Of a stretch of 64,000 nt of DNA, positions 24,102-35,900 are shown one piece after another (within the stretch, counting starts at the first letter, position 1; every line of letters begins with the position of its first letter). Position numbers and translations under genes: made by a program. This DNA comes from Vitrella brassicaformis CCMP3155 (lineage: Eukaryota; Protista; Chromerida): NCBI GenBank assembly GCA_001179505.1, contig CDMY01000964.1, positions 168,704 through 232,703 on the forward strand, in the 5' to 3' direction. The notes beneath the pieces are model-generated. The model ran no database searches, was not told the origin of the DNA, and saw nothing but the letters and a program-made list of their open reading frames with translations.

Positions 24102-24683
24102 GAGGGGAGATGTGAGTGGATGTAGAGAGAGGACCGCTGTCGTTGCCCGTGAAGGCAACAGATGAGCCGGAGGGACGGTAGAGTTCAGACGATCGCCATG
24201 TATGTGCTGTGCGTGCGGGTCGTGGGCGGGGATCTGTGGATGGCCGGGTAGGTGATGCGATGCAGCAGAGGTAGGTGGACAAGGCGACGGCTTGATTCCC
24301 CGATAACGCGGCCGCCGCGGTCTCTCTCGAGAAATTAATTACAAGTCCTTCTCTCCGAGCATAGCTTCTCCATCGCTGTTTGTTTGGCTGAGCCATGAGC
24401 TGCATAGCGCTCCAAAGCGGCACATGCCGGTGGAGGCATCCGTAACAAATCATCATCATTTTTTCGGTAGAAAAGCCGAGATCTCAGTGCTGCCTGCAGA
24501 GCTGTACACCATGTTGCCTGAACGTACGGCTGTGCATCAAAGGAACAAGGGATCGCGCATCTAAGCTCGCAAGAGGAAACGAAGGGGAGGGAAAGAGGAG
24601 GGGGAGAGCGGAAGCTACTGCTGAAGTGAAAAGCAATTTATCCTCTGCTGATCGATTCATCGTTGTTGAAGGCAGATCAGAGG

Positions 24684-25229
24684 ATGCCTCAGGCTGGAAA
24701 AGGTGGCATCATCCTTTATGATGGCGTGTGCAACCTCTGCAACGCAGGCAACACAGCCACACACATCGAAAGCCAGCAGCACGCGGGCAGGCAGCCCTCT
24801 CATGTTTTTGTGTGTGATTGGCTTTCAGGCATCTGGTACGTGATTCGGCGTGACCCTCAGAAGCTGCTGCACTTCTGCAGCGTGCAGACAAGGAAGGGCG
24901 AGGAGCTCGCGGCGTCCGTCAAGCTGCGACAGGCCGACCTGCTGCGGCGCTTTGCCTTCATCGACCACGACACTGGCAAGGTCTACCGCGCCTCAACGGC
25001 CGCCCTGCATGTGGCCAAATACCTGCCCTACCCGGAGAAGCTGGCATACAATCTGCTGGTTATCCCTGAGGGCATCCGCGACTTCGTGTACGACGCCGTC
25101 GCTGCCTCGAGGTACCCGGTGTTTGGTCGGACGGACGTCTGTCAGCGGCCGACGCCCGATGTGCTGGACCGTTTTGAGGACCGGGATGAGCTCGAGAAGG
25201 AGGGCAAGGCCTCACGCGTGTGGAAGTGA
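24684..25229 (+). CDS. DCC-family (DUF393) thiol-disulfide oxidoreductase
   Basis: IILYDGVCNLCNAG|IWYVIRRD (DxxCxxC motif) after removing an 81-nt GC-AG intron at 24748-24828; later IRDFVYDAVAASRYPVFGRTDVC. Confidence 0.88.
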   Translation: MPQAGKGGIILYDGVCNLCNAGNTATHIESQQHAGRQPSHVFVCDWLSGIWYVIRRDPQKLLHFCSVQTRKGEELAASVKLRQADLLRRFAFIDHDTGKVYRASTAALHVAKYLPYPEKLAYNLLVIPEGIRDFVYDAVAASRYPVFGRTDVCQRPTPDVLDRFEDRDELEKEGKASRVWK

Positions 25230-25767
25230 GTGGGCATATGGATGGGAGCATGGAGAGGCCGAGAGAGGGAGACAGACAGCCAGCCACCGGTTTGTTTCCT
25301 TGGTAGGGGTAGGTAGGTAGAGTAGAGCCCCTATGGGACGGACGGACGCATTGATTGGTGCCCTAGCTGACTGACAGCGTGTGTGAATAGACAAGCTTAT
25401 GGGACGGGACAGCTGCCTGCAGTGGCTAGAGGGACGTAGGCGAAGGAAGAGTTTTTCTGTGGATGAATGTAAAGTGAGATGGGCCGTGGGGAAGACTGAC
25501 TGATCTGATTGATGGCACTGTGCGTCTGTGTGTGACGGCTGTCCCATTGGTGTGTTATTCATTGAGGCCTGGCGAGACGTATTACGTACGATAAATCCTG
25601 TCTGTTTTGACAAATAATCTTGGTTGGACGAATGAAAGCCAAGCCTGTCCACCGAACAAACAAACGAGAGCCCGCCTCTCTATCGCCACACGTACGTGAG
25701 GTCCCGATAAACCAGCACACAGACCCACCCACCATCCGTCCATCGACACGCGCCCTCCATCATTCGC

Positions 25768-28700
25768 TCATGCGGTGATGAAGTGGACGCGGAACTTCTC
25801 TTGCTGCTCCTTCAGATCCTCAGCCTGACCACACCACACCGCACACATGCGACAGACACAAACCAATGACTGACACACAACGGCGCAGCCAGCCAGCCAG
25901 GGCAGCCAAGCCACTTCATCGCACGCACTTTTTCCCTTCTGTCGAGGAAGAATATGATGGCACCGACGATCAACAGACACGTCACCGTCGCCTGATCCAT
26001 CATGCAGAACAGACACAACACACAAGAGAGGTGACCTCCTGCTGCCACCCCTTTCGCATGCACCACACCCGCAGACGCACGCACGCACCAGCAGGATGAA
26101 AAGGAACTTCTTGGACGGGCTGACGGACAGCTCAATCGACCAGCTGACGGGACGTCCACACACCCACACGCACGTATCGTATCCAGATCCGTCAAGGGGA
26201 GCATCATATTGTGGGTGGGGTGGTCAGGTCACTTACTCTGAGGACACCGCCTGAGGGTAGGGCCTGACGATGACCTGTGTGTTGGGAATGAGCGAGGTCC
26301 ACATGCGGCTGCGGGTGCGCTCATTCAGCGGCAGGCCCATGAAGAACTCCTCTATGTAGTTGTTGGTCCGACCCAAACTGGCACACATTATATAATAACA
26401 ACGAAAACCACAAGGGCGCGGCGCATAGAATGGAAGCAGTCCGTAAGTGGGTGTGGAGTGCGTGCCGCTTCTCTGACCCAAAGAATACGAATGGGAGCCC
26501 CAGCGGCGTGTGTGCCGACTGGGGCAGCTGTGCGGCCTGCTTGGGCGTCTTGACGCCATTCAGATCCGTCACCGTTATCTTGAACGACGGACCTGCACAC
26601 AAGACAAGCCCAAAGTCTTGTGTGCCCGCACTTGAAGTAAATGAGCGTGCGTGGTTTTTGCTGATGACCGTGGTAGCTGACGCCGTATGGTTTCGGCTTG
26701 GCGATGGACGGGCCGGGAGGGGGGCAATTGACCGCACAAACGGGATTCAGACCTGCGAACCAACACATAAGACACATAACAGGGAGGACTGTTGACGGAT
26801 GATGAAGAGCGGCGGGCGGTTGACCGGGTGGCTGGCCGACAGACAGACATACCGGTCGATTTGAGGAAGAAGACATCGGCGTCTGCTTTCTGCTCGAAGA
26901 CCTGCAGGACGCTCTGCACCATTTTGCCGTTCTTGACCTTCTTGCCAAAACCAATCACATCCAATATGCCCTGCACACACACACAGAGGGATGACAGCAC
27001 ACACACACGTCATCGCACAGCAGACGTCCGGAGCGTGTGTCGCGTGTCCCGTCTGTGTGTGTCTGTGTGTCTCTTTGTATGTGTGTGAGATCCTTACATC
27101 TTCGCCCACGTCGAAGAAAGCCGCCCCGTCGGCAGTGACCTCGTCCCCACCAAGTGACAGCTCGTAGGCCTTCTTGAACTTGCGAAGCGGAGACGCCCCC
27201 TGTGCAGCGCAGTGCAGGCACACACGTAGACCCACAGCAACATGCACACCATCCACACCATCCACCACGTACCCCACCCATCCCATCCCCCCTTCTCGTC
27301 TCGTCTCACGTCGTCTGATGTGGGGTAGTTTTTGAAGAAACGGATCTTGGCGGGCTGGTCTGCGGCCTGGACCGTGCCGATGAGGTCGGGGTAGCCGTCC
27401 AGGTCGAAGTCGCCCACACGCAGAGTGACGGGGGTGCGGAAGTCGCCCGTGAAGGTGAGCTTGGGGTCGTCGGTGTCCGATACCAACGCAGACACGGTGA
27501 AGTCGCGACTGTCCGCTGACATGGAGGGACACACATCATATGCACCCGCAGAGAGGGAGGAGGGAGGACCACAGCTGACACGGTTGTGGTGGTGTGTGTG
27601 TGTGTGTGTGTGGTCCGGTTGTTTCTTCTTTCGTACCAGCGAATGAGGAGACGGCGAAGCCCAGGTCCTTCTGGCAAAGGGCTCCCTGTGGCCGGCAGTC
27701 ACGGGCTGCGCACATGGACAGACAGACAGACACGCCGAGCAGAGGATAGGCATGTGTGTGTGTGTGCCTGCCTGCCTGCCTGCCTGCCTGCCCGTCTTCC
27801 TACACTTCTTGATCCACATGCTCGGACACATCTGCTGCTGCCGGTTGGCTGCACACCACACATGCAGTGCGGCCACACGCAGACCACAATCTAATCTGCA
27901 GCATGCCCCCCAGAACCCGAGGCCCCGCCCCGTGTGTGTGTGTGTGTGTGTGCCGCCCCACCCCACCGGTCATGTAGATGACGTTGTTGGAGGGCACACA
28001 GCAGTCGTCGCATGAGAACTTGTCGCGAGTGCACGAGGGGAAGGCGATGTCGATAGTGCCGTCGGCATTGAAGTCGGCAAACATCAGCTGACCCGCACCT
28101 TAGTGACACACACACACACACACCCCGATACATACGAAGAAAAGGTAGGCCTTCTGTGCGTGTCTGCTCACCCTCGGGCAGCAGCGTTGGCTCCTTTTGT
28201 CTGTGCCGACGGTATATTGCATCCTCTGGATGGACAAATAAATGGATCGATCAGACAGCAGAGCACAGCAACCACATTCACATCGATCTGGCTGATGTCA
28301 CGTCACTGGTGTGTGTGTGTGTGTGTGAAGAGATGAGATGAGATGCGTACGGTTTTTCTTGTCGGTCTTCTCATGCAGCCATATTTCCAGCTCCCGCTGG
28401 CCGCCATGATTGGGCGACTGGACATCCTGCACACTCACAGGCAGTCAGGGAGAGGGACAGAGAGAGATGTAGACCAGACATGCAGGCAGTCGAGGAGCGC
28501 AGAGGGGCTCAGCTCACGAAGACAATGTCGGCCTCGCAGTCGCCATCGATGTCGACAAAGGCGCTGCTGTGTGGGCTGGCGATGACCCCCACCCCCCCTC
28601 CCTTGTCCATGCGATCGTCGTGGATGTACTCGTAGTAGAGGTCCTCCCACAGACGGTACTCAAACAGGTCCCCCTTGTGGGGCTCGTCGTCCTCACACAC

Positions 28701-29642
28701 ATTCCTCTTGCTGCGGTTGATCCACACAAACCGCTGCGGCGATTCGCCCCTCTCCTTCTTGACGGTCTGGCCGAGGAGGTCAGGTTTGCCGTCGCTGTTG
28801 ATGTCGACGATGAAGGGCTGCACGGAGGACTCGTTAGCCGACTGCCACACGAGCTTGGGGTCGGCCTCGGCATCCCTCGTCTGACACCATGCCTTGACGC
28901 GATAACTGATGGATGAATGGATGGATGGATGACGCGCACACGGACATACAGGGGTGGATGGATGGATCTATGGCGCACGGTGGGTGCGTGCAAGTGTGTG
29001 TGTCTGCTCACGCAGTGGAGTCATCGTTGAATTCGACCTGTCCGAAGATGCCAAACAGGTCCAGCCGGCCATCCATGTTCCAGTCAGTGGCTATCACCTG
29101 CACACAATCAGTACACACATGCACACATTCATGCCACCCATCCCCTCTCCCTCCCTCCCTCCCTCTCCTTGACACACCGTCTGCAGGTCCTTGTCCGTGT
29201 CGACGCCCGGCCCCGCCCTGAACTTCTGCCGTCCGTCGTCCCACATGCTCACAGTCAGCCGCGGCTCCAGCGGCTTGCTCGTCTTGTCAAACACTATCAG
29301 GTCCAGGAACTTGTCGCTGTCCCAGTCCCCAAACGCCTTGAGCTCACCCAGCTTGTTGCTGCCCACATCACGCCGGTCCCACGACACCAACTCACACTGA
29401 CCGTGCCGCAGGCAGTGGATGAGAAGCAGCAAGCAAGAGGCGATGAACAGGCGGGAACGGCGGGAGCGGCGGGGTGGGGATTGGTGGCGGATTTGTGACA
29501 AGGGACGGGAGGCGGTCATCAGTCTGTCGTCTGCCGCGGCTGACGTGGCTGCATCTGATGGCTGACGCGCTGGAACAAATCTCTCTCTCCTTCTGCGCAA
29601 AGAATTGCGCAAACACTCGTTGATTTCCATGGTTTCTCTCAT
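25768..29642 (-). CDS. ITFG1: ITFG1/LINKIN/TIP-family FG-GAP repeat type-I membrane protein
   Basis: Multiple FG-GAP Ca-binding repeats (AFGDWDSDKFLD, DWNMDGRLD, VDINSDGKPD, VDIDGDCEAD, ADFNADGTID, GDFDLDGYPD), LGRTNNYIEEF, LIPNTQVIV, C-terminal TM CLLIVGAIIFFL followed by the tail DRREK..EKFRVHFITA*. Confidence 0.88.
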
Positions 29643-29967
29643 CCGACGCTGCTGACAGGCCAACCGCACCCTATCAAACACGGAAATCACCAAATTGCGT
29701 TGCTTCCGCTGTCCCTGCGAGCTTACAAATAGGGTGTAGGGTAAGGGTTCTAAACCCTGCGCCATCTCTCTGTCCAGTCCAGTCGTCTGACGGCTCCGAC
29801 GAGAGGCAGCGCGAGGGAAGAGGTCGAAGACTCATTGCGTCATCCGACTCATGCCGTTCGGGTCGGTAGGTTCAAACAAAATTCAATCGCAGTCATGCAC
29901 ACAGCGGTTGATGCGTGTTTGGCGTCCTCCTCTTCAGGTAGTGGGGGCCTGAGTGAGTCACTCCGTC

Positions 29968-31323
29968 ATGGTCATGTCAGTCATCAGCAGCCGAAGCAGC
30001 GACGTGGACTCCCCCTCCATCAACGGTGAGGCAGTCCGCTGCATTTTTCGTGACTCGCGAGTCCTGCTGCTCGAGGCCAAGGACATCGGCAGCCTCAGAA
30101 TGGCGGCCCGCTACCACAGCCTCGTCGACTTCCCTCCCGCCGCCCTCCGCACATGCCTCACCCAGTCGCTGCACCGCAAACGGCTCGCCGACGGGTCCCG
30201 GCTCAACACCGTGCTGGCTTTTGGGCCATCGATGTCAGGGTCGCGTGTGCTGCTGGCGGCCATGTGGCTGGTGGAGGACCAGAGTTGGGACGAAGTGGCC
30301 GACATACTGCGGCTAGCCAGCCAGTGTGGCCGCTGTACGCTGCCCGTCATGCTCACGGCAGACGATGTCAACACACATACAAACAAGACGGTAGGCGGAC
30401 TGATGGTTCTCAATCGCTGTGTGGTGTGGTGACACGTTGTGTGCGCAGGTGTTTTTGGCCGCTCCGCGTGTGTTGGCTTAGCTGAAGATGGTCGGCGGTC
30501 ACATCAGCTTCGGCAATGGCGCGACCTTCGAAATGTTCCAGCACCGCAACACACTGCGGGCCATCAAGGACGAGGTCGGCTATGAAGTGACCATCGACCC
30601 GCGACTCCATGCCGGCCATCCTTACCAGCAGCACCGACAGCCGCATGACCCCCCAGCCAGCAGCAGCATCACATATTTTCCGCTCGACGGCTTGCGGCCG
30701 CTGACCCCCGCTCTTAACTTTTCGTCCGTTTCGTCTTTTGCCAAGAACGCCATCATCTGCCACTTCAAGGACACTCACCAGATTCACACCTGCACCACCG
30801 AGTCCTCCATCGACAAGTGAGGCGGGACGTGACTCTGTGTGGGCATTGCCACGACACACGAGTGTATCTATGTTATGTGTGTGTCCTTTACTATTCAGGC
30901 ATGCCGACAACGGCCGGCTGAGCACCATTATGACACAGTCCCCCCACATGCCAGTGGGGGGATGCACCACAACGGTGTCAAGCTGCGCATCTGGCGTCAG
31001 ATCTTACTATCGTCTTGTCGTGTTGACCAACGCCAGCCATCCGTTCGTCGCATGGATCAGCTTCATTCTTTACTGGAACGGTCAGCCCAGCATGGACGGG
31101 GACAGGGGGGCCGACAAACCCATACACACAAACACGCAGCACTCACTCTCGCCGGCTGTCTGTGCTGTCCTGTGATTCCTTCGCAGTGGGTGTAGTTATC
31201 GAGACAAGCGAGCCGGCTGTGTGTGGCGTAGGTCGCGCCTTCAAGGACCGCTTCCCGCGGACCACTCGGCTTGCGCGAGTGGTGCTGGGGGCTGTCATCT
31301 CAGCTATGGTCTTCGACCGATAG
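29968..31323 (+). CDS. Hypothetical protein of an uncharacterised lineage-specific family
   Basis: Long codon-like exons. An intron at ~30816-30899 joins SIDK to HADNGRLSTIMTQSPH in frame. Last exon ..AFKDRFPRTTRLARVVLGAVISAMVFDR*. No recognised domain. Confidence 0.6.
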
Positions 31324-32189
31324 AAGAGGACTGAGGTGACGGCTGACACAAGCAGGAGATGAGGTGAGGTCAATGTGCGCGTTCAGTGGGCTGCGATGCA
31401 ACGTTGTGGCTGTTGTTGGGCGAGGGGGGAAACGGCGAGTTGGCTGCCATCTGTATGTGCGTTTGTTTGCCGTACCAGCTCGTGGATGTGTGTTGTGTAG
31501 ACCACATTGCTCGGTAAATACATGTCTGCGAGGCTTTCTCTAAGCAAGGGGCAGAACGATCTGCTGCAGGGATGCAGACCACATTCACCCATCGCCATAT
31601 GTGTGTGTTATCGATTTGTGTGAATGTATGTGGAGACGGTACCGGTGTGTGTGGTTGAACTCGCTGTATGTCTTTTGATACACACATGGCGTGACGCATC
31701 AGATTAGGTCGTGAGATGAGCGGTGGGAGGTGTGACTGACGTGGTGAGGTGCGATGAGTGGGGTGGTGTGTGCCGCCGTTCCGGCCGTTTGCTATTTATT
31801 CCACAAAGCAGCACAGAGGAGCTGACCGACAGACAACGAACGACCGTCCCTAACCGTTTCATGCTCTTCTTTTGTCCTTGTCTCTCTCCCCATCCCTCCC
31901 CCAAGTACACACAGCGCCGCCCACACGCATATTGAGGCAGACAGACAGACTGACAGCCGGCCAATTGCACCACACACACACACACACACGGAAAAGCGTG
32001 AAACTGCGGTCCGGTCAACTCAGAAAGTGTCATGGGGCCATTCCTTCACTGATCCGTCCATCTCTTTCCATCTCTTCTCAAATCAAGTGGTCAATTTTGG
32101 CGGCTCCTCCGTTCAAAAGAAACTCTTACACGCACTCACCCCTCCACCCATGGCCCTGCCTCTCAATTATCGGCCGTCTCAATCCCTCA

Positions 32190-32872
32190 ATTGAAGTGGT
32201 TGGCATACCCGAGATCTGACGATTGCCACACACACCACACACACATGAAAGCACAGCGTCTCAACACGTGTGTGGCTGTTCTGCTGCCTACCGGCCACTC
32301 ACTTCCCCCAGTAGCAGCCCCAGAGCCCCACCCCGCAGCTCTTCTTGTTGCCCCCTGCACGCCACACCAGACCACGCCACCGAGCGACAAGAGAGATATG
32401 CCGTCCGTCCATACACGAGTGGCTGGCTACTGTACCACGTCAGTCATCACATGGATGTGTTTGTTGCATGCATGCAGTGCACCCTCCTCCCTCTCCCATG
32501 GTACATACATACAGTACCAGAGCGGCGTACGGGCGAGGGCATGGGCGAAGGGTAGTACCACTGCGTCGTCACCCGCGGCGCTGGAGGGGGCGTGATGCGG
32601 CTCACCCGGGGAGACACGCCGTGCGCGTGGTATGCGGCGGCGGGTGGGTACTGGTGGACGTTGGCGTTCAAATACGGACGATACACGGCCGTGGCTGTGG
32701 CTGTCGTGGGCTGCTGGGGCGGCGGTGGCAGCACCGTCGGCGTGTGTGTGGGTGGCATGGCGGCCGGCGACTGCGGGATGAATGGGCGGAGGAAGGGCGA
32801 GTTGACTGACAAGGGAAAAGACATCACACACGTCACCATTGAATGCATCAATCCCTCCAGTCAGTCCACTTG

Positions 32873-32910
<38 letters not shown>

Positions 32911-35900
32911 GGTATATGGCGTACCAGTGCTCGTCATGCCGTTTGTCGCGTTGGGCTGCGACGGCGCCGGCGCCACGACGGCAGGGCGCACCACAGATGG
33001 AGTAGCTGCACAGCACAGCACACCATGACCCAGCCCAACACGTACACGTCCGACGGCTCACTCATTCTCTCATTGCCTTCCTGTCCTCGCTGTGCGTCGC
33101 CTACCGATCTTGGGGTTGACGTTGAGTGCCGCAAACGGCACAGGTGACGGCTGGTGGTGGTGGTGGTAGTACGTCGACTGCTGGGGCTGAGCAATGCGCG
33201 CAGCCTGGACCACCGGGCGAAGCACATGAGCTGGGCTATCGGTGTGCTGCACCACAGGGGCCGTCTCGCGGGCGGCGTGTGGGGCCGCAGACGGGGGATC
33301 CACACGTCTCGACGCATCAACTCTGATGGATTCCATCCACACAGAAGGGAATGGGTGTCATTATGTATGTGTATCTGTGGCGCCTCTCTCACCTCGCTGA
33401 CACGGGCGCCTCGGCAAATGGGCGTCTGCTGGTGGCGGCATTGCTGATCGAGAGAGGCGCCACCGTGACGGAGCCCCCACCAACACCAGCACCAGCACCA
33501 GCATCCAATCTGCCACCTGTAAGCGAGACAATGCACAACGGAGTGCTTTCCAACAAAGTGAAGGTCGCGATTTGTCTTGTTCTTACCGAATGGCTGTGGC
33601 TGTGCGCAGTTCGCTGCGAGCGGAGCGGGTCCGCGCGCCTTGGGGCGGGCCGTGTTCATCACTCTTGCCCCACCGGCAACTTTAACGACCTGGGATTCGT
33701 CGCTGCCTAGCAGGTCGCGCATCGCGGCAGAGAGCGACGGGCCGCCCGCGGGCTCTCCAGCTGGCTGCTCGCTGGTGCGTGGGCGGGGTGCGGGCGACGG
33801 GCGGTCCTCCTCCCCTTCCTCGACCACACGCGGTGTCTCCTCGGCCAAAGCGGGACGCAGCTCCAAGGCTTCGTCTGTGTCGCTCGCCGCCTCGCCTCCA
33901 CATAGCTCGCCTGGCAGCCCACCAACACCAACGCCCCCACCCACCCTCACGACCTGGGATTCGTCGACGTCTAGCAGGGCGCGCATCTTGGCAGAGGGCT
34001 CCCCAGCTGGCTGCTCTCGTCCGTCTGCGATGTGATGCGGCTGTGGGATGGGGGCCGACCCAGGGGAGCCCGACAGCTGACAGAGCAGAGAACGTATTAA
34101 TTAACAGGTCGATAGACAAACATGTTTGCTGGCTGAAGCCATCAAGTCGATCAGTCTGTATGCATCTCACTGACTCAGTGACTCACTAGCTAACTTTATG
34201 TATCAGTGACTTACGTACGTACGTACCTGTAGAGGCGGTGAGTACATGTGTGTGACGTTGTCACCGCCACCTTGGCCCGTCACCTGCGCCATCACCGGTG
34301 GACGTGTCTGCACGCCCCTGGCCGTGCTGGGGGCGCTGGCGTAGGTGGCCACGTGGGGAGGCACCACAGAGTAGCCCGTCGGCGGCAGGAGGGGCATTAA
34401 GCTCGGCGGAATTGAGGCACCAGCATGGGACCGGAAGGTCCCAGTAGCCGCAGGCTGCTTGGGGAAGCAGCAGGGCGAGAAGCTGCAGCAGGGCGAGAGG
34501 CTCGGCTGCTGCTCCAGCTGCTGGTGATGGCCACGGTGTGCCCGATCTGCGGCGAATGGACCGTAGGCCACAGACCGCTGGCAAACACAGACAGACAGAC
34601 ACAGACAGCAGACTGACATGACTGACATGAAATGTCTCTCTCTGTGAGTGAGTTGGTCGTCTGTCTTAACTGCTCACATTTCCTCTGATGGGCGGTGTGC
34701 GGGGCGAGTCGACGCCCGACGGCGGCTGTGTGTGAGTGGCGGGACGGCCAGTGGCCGGCACGGCTTTGGACCGGGGGTCGTTGTTGTTGTTGGTGGCGCG
34801 GGCGTGGATACCTCCGCCGTACGATTGGGCGACGGAGGACGGGATGGCTCCACCCGGAAGACCAGCAGCTGAGGGAGGGCAGCAAACAAACGGAGGGAGG
34901 GAGAGGAGGAAGGAAGAAGGGCCGTGCGTGCCTGACACTGTCAAGGCCTGGCTGCGCTGCGCTGCGGTGTGGCGTGTCGTACCCTGCATGAGTTTCTGGC
35001 GGTAGCAGTGACGACGCTTGTCAAGCAGGTAGAACCTGAGTGAGTGGAAAGGAAAGACCACACCAACAGGGGCAGAGAATGTCTGTCAGCAGCAGTGTCG
35101 GTGTTTCTTTCGTGTGAGTGTGGCTTACGTTGTGGTGACGCCGTTGTGTTTGTTCTGCTGCAGCTGTGAAACGNNNNNNNNNNNNNNNNNNNNNNNNNNN
35201 NNNNNNNNNNNNNNNNNNNNNNNNNNNNNNNNNNNNNNNNNNNNNNNNNNNNNNNNNNNNNNNNNNNNNNNNNNNNNNNNNNNNNNNNNNNNNNNNNNNN
35301 NNNNNNNNNNNNNNNNNNNNNNNNNNNNNNNNNNNNNNNNNNNNNNNNNNNNNNNNNNNNNNNNNNNNNNNNNNNNNNNNNNNNNNNNNNNNNNNNNNNN
35401 NNNNNNNNNNNNNNNNNNNNNNNNNNNNNNNNNNNNNNNNNNNNNNNNNNNNNNNNNNNNNNNNNNNNNNNNNCAGAGACAGAGAGACATGGATGCCTGC
35501 GTGTGTGTGTGTGTGTGTCTATGTCTTGCCTGAATCAGTTCGAGCTCCCTCCAGTTGCGGCACCGCTCACAGGACGCCAACCAGGAAAAGAACCGGGAAA
35601 CTAGCTGCAGAGAAATGACAGATGAGATATGACAGGCACTCTCCCATCCGGCGACACACAGACAGACACACAGACAGACACATGTGGTACCTCGCAGGAT
35701 GAGGAGTGTCCCCCCTCCGACAAACGCGGCGGCCGCTCGGGGTCCATGACCTGGAAGTGCTGATACCTGCACACACACACACACGCACATGCGCCCACAT
35801 CACTTGCTGTCTGTCTGTCTGTCTGGTCCCTCCCCTCAGTCCCTCCCTCACTCACCAAGGGTGCTGACGGATCTGGTGGATTTGGAGACGTTGTTCGGGC

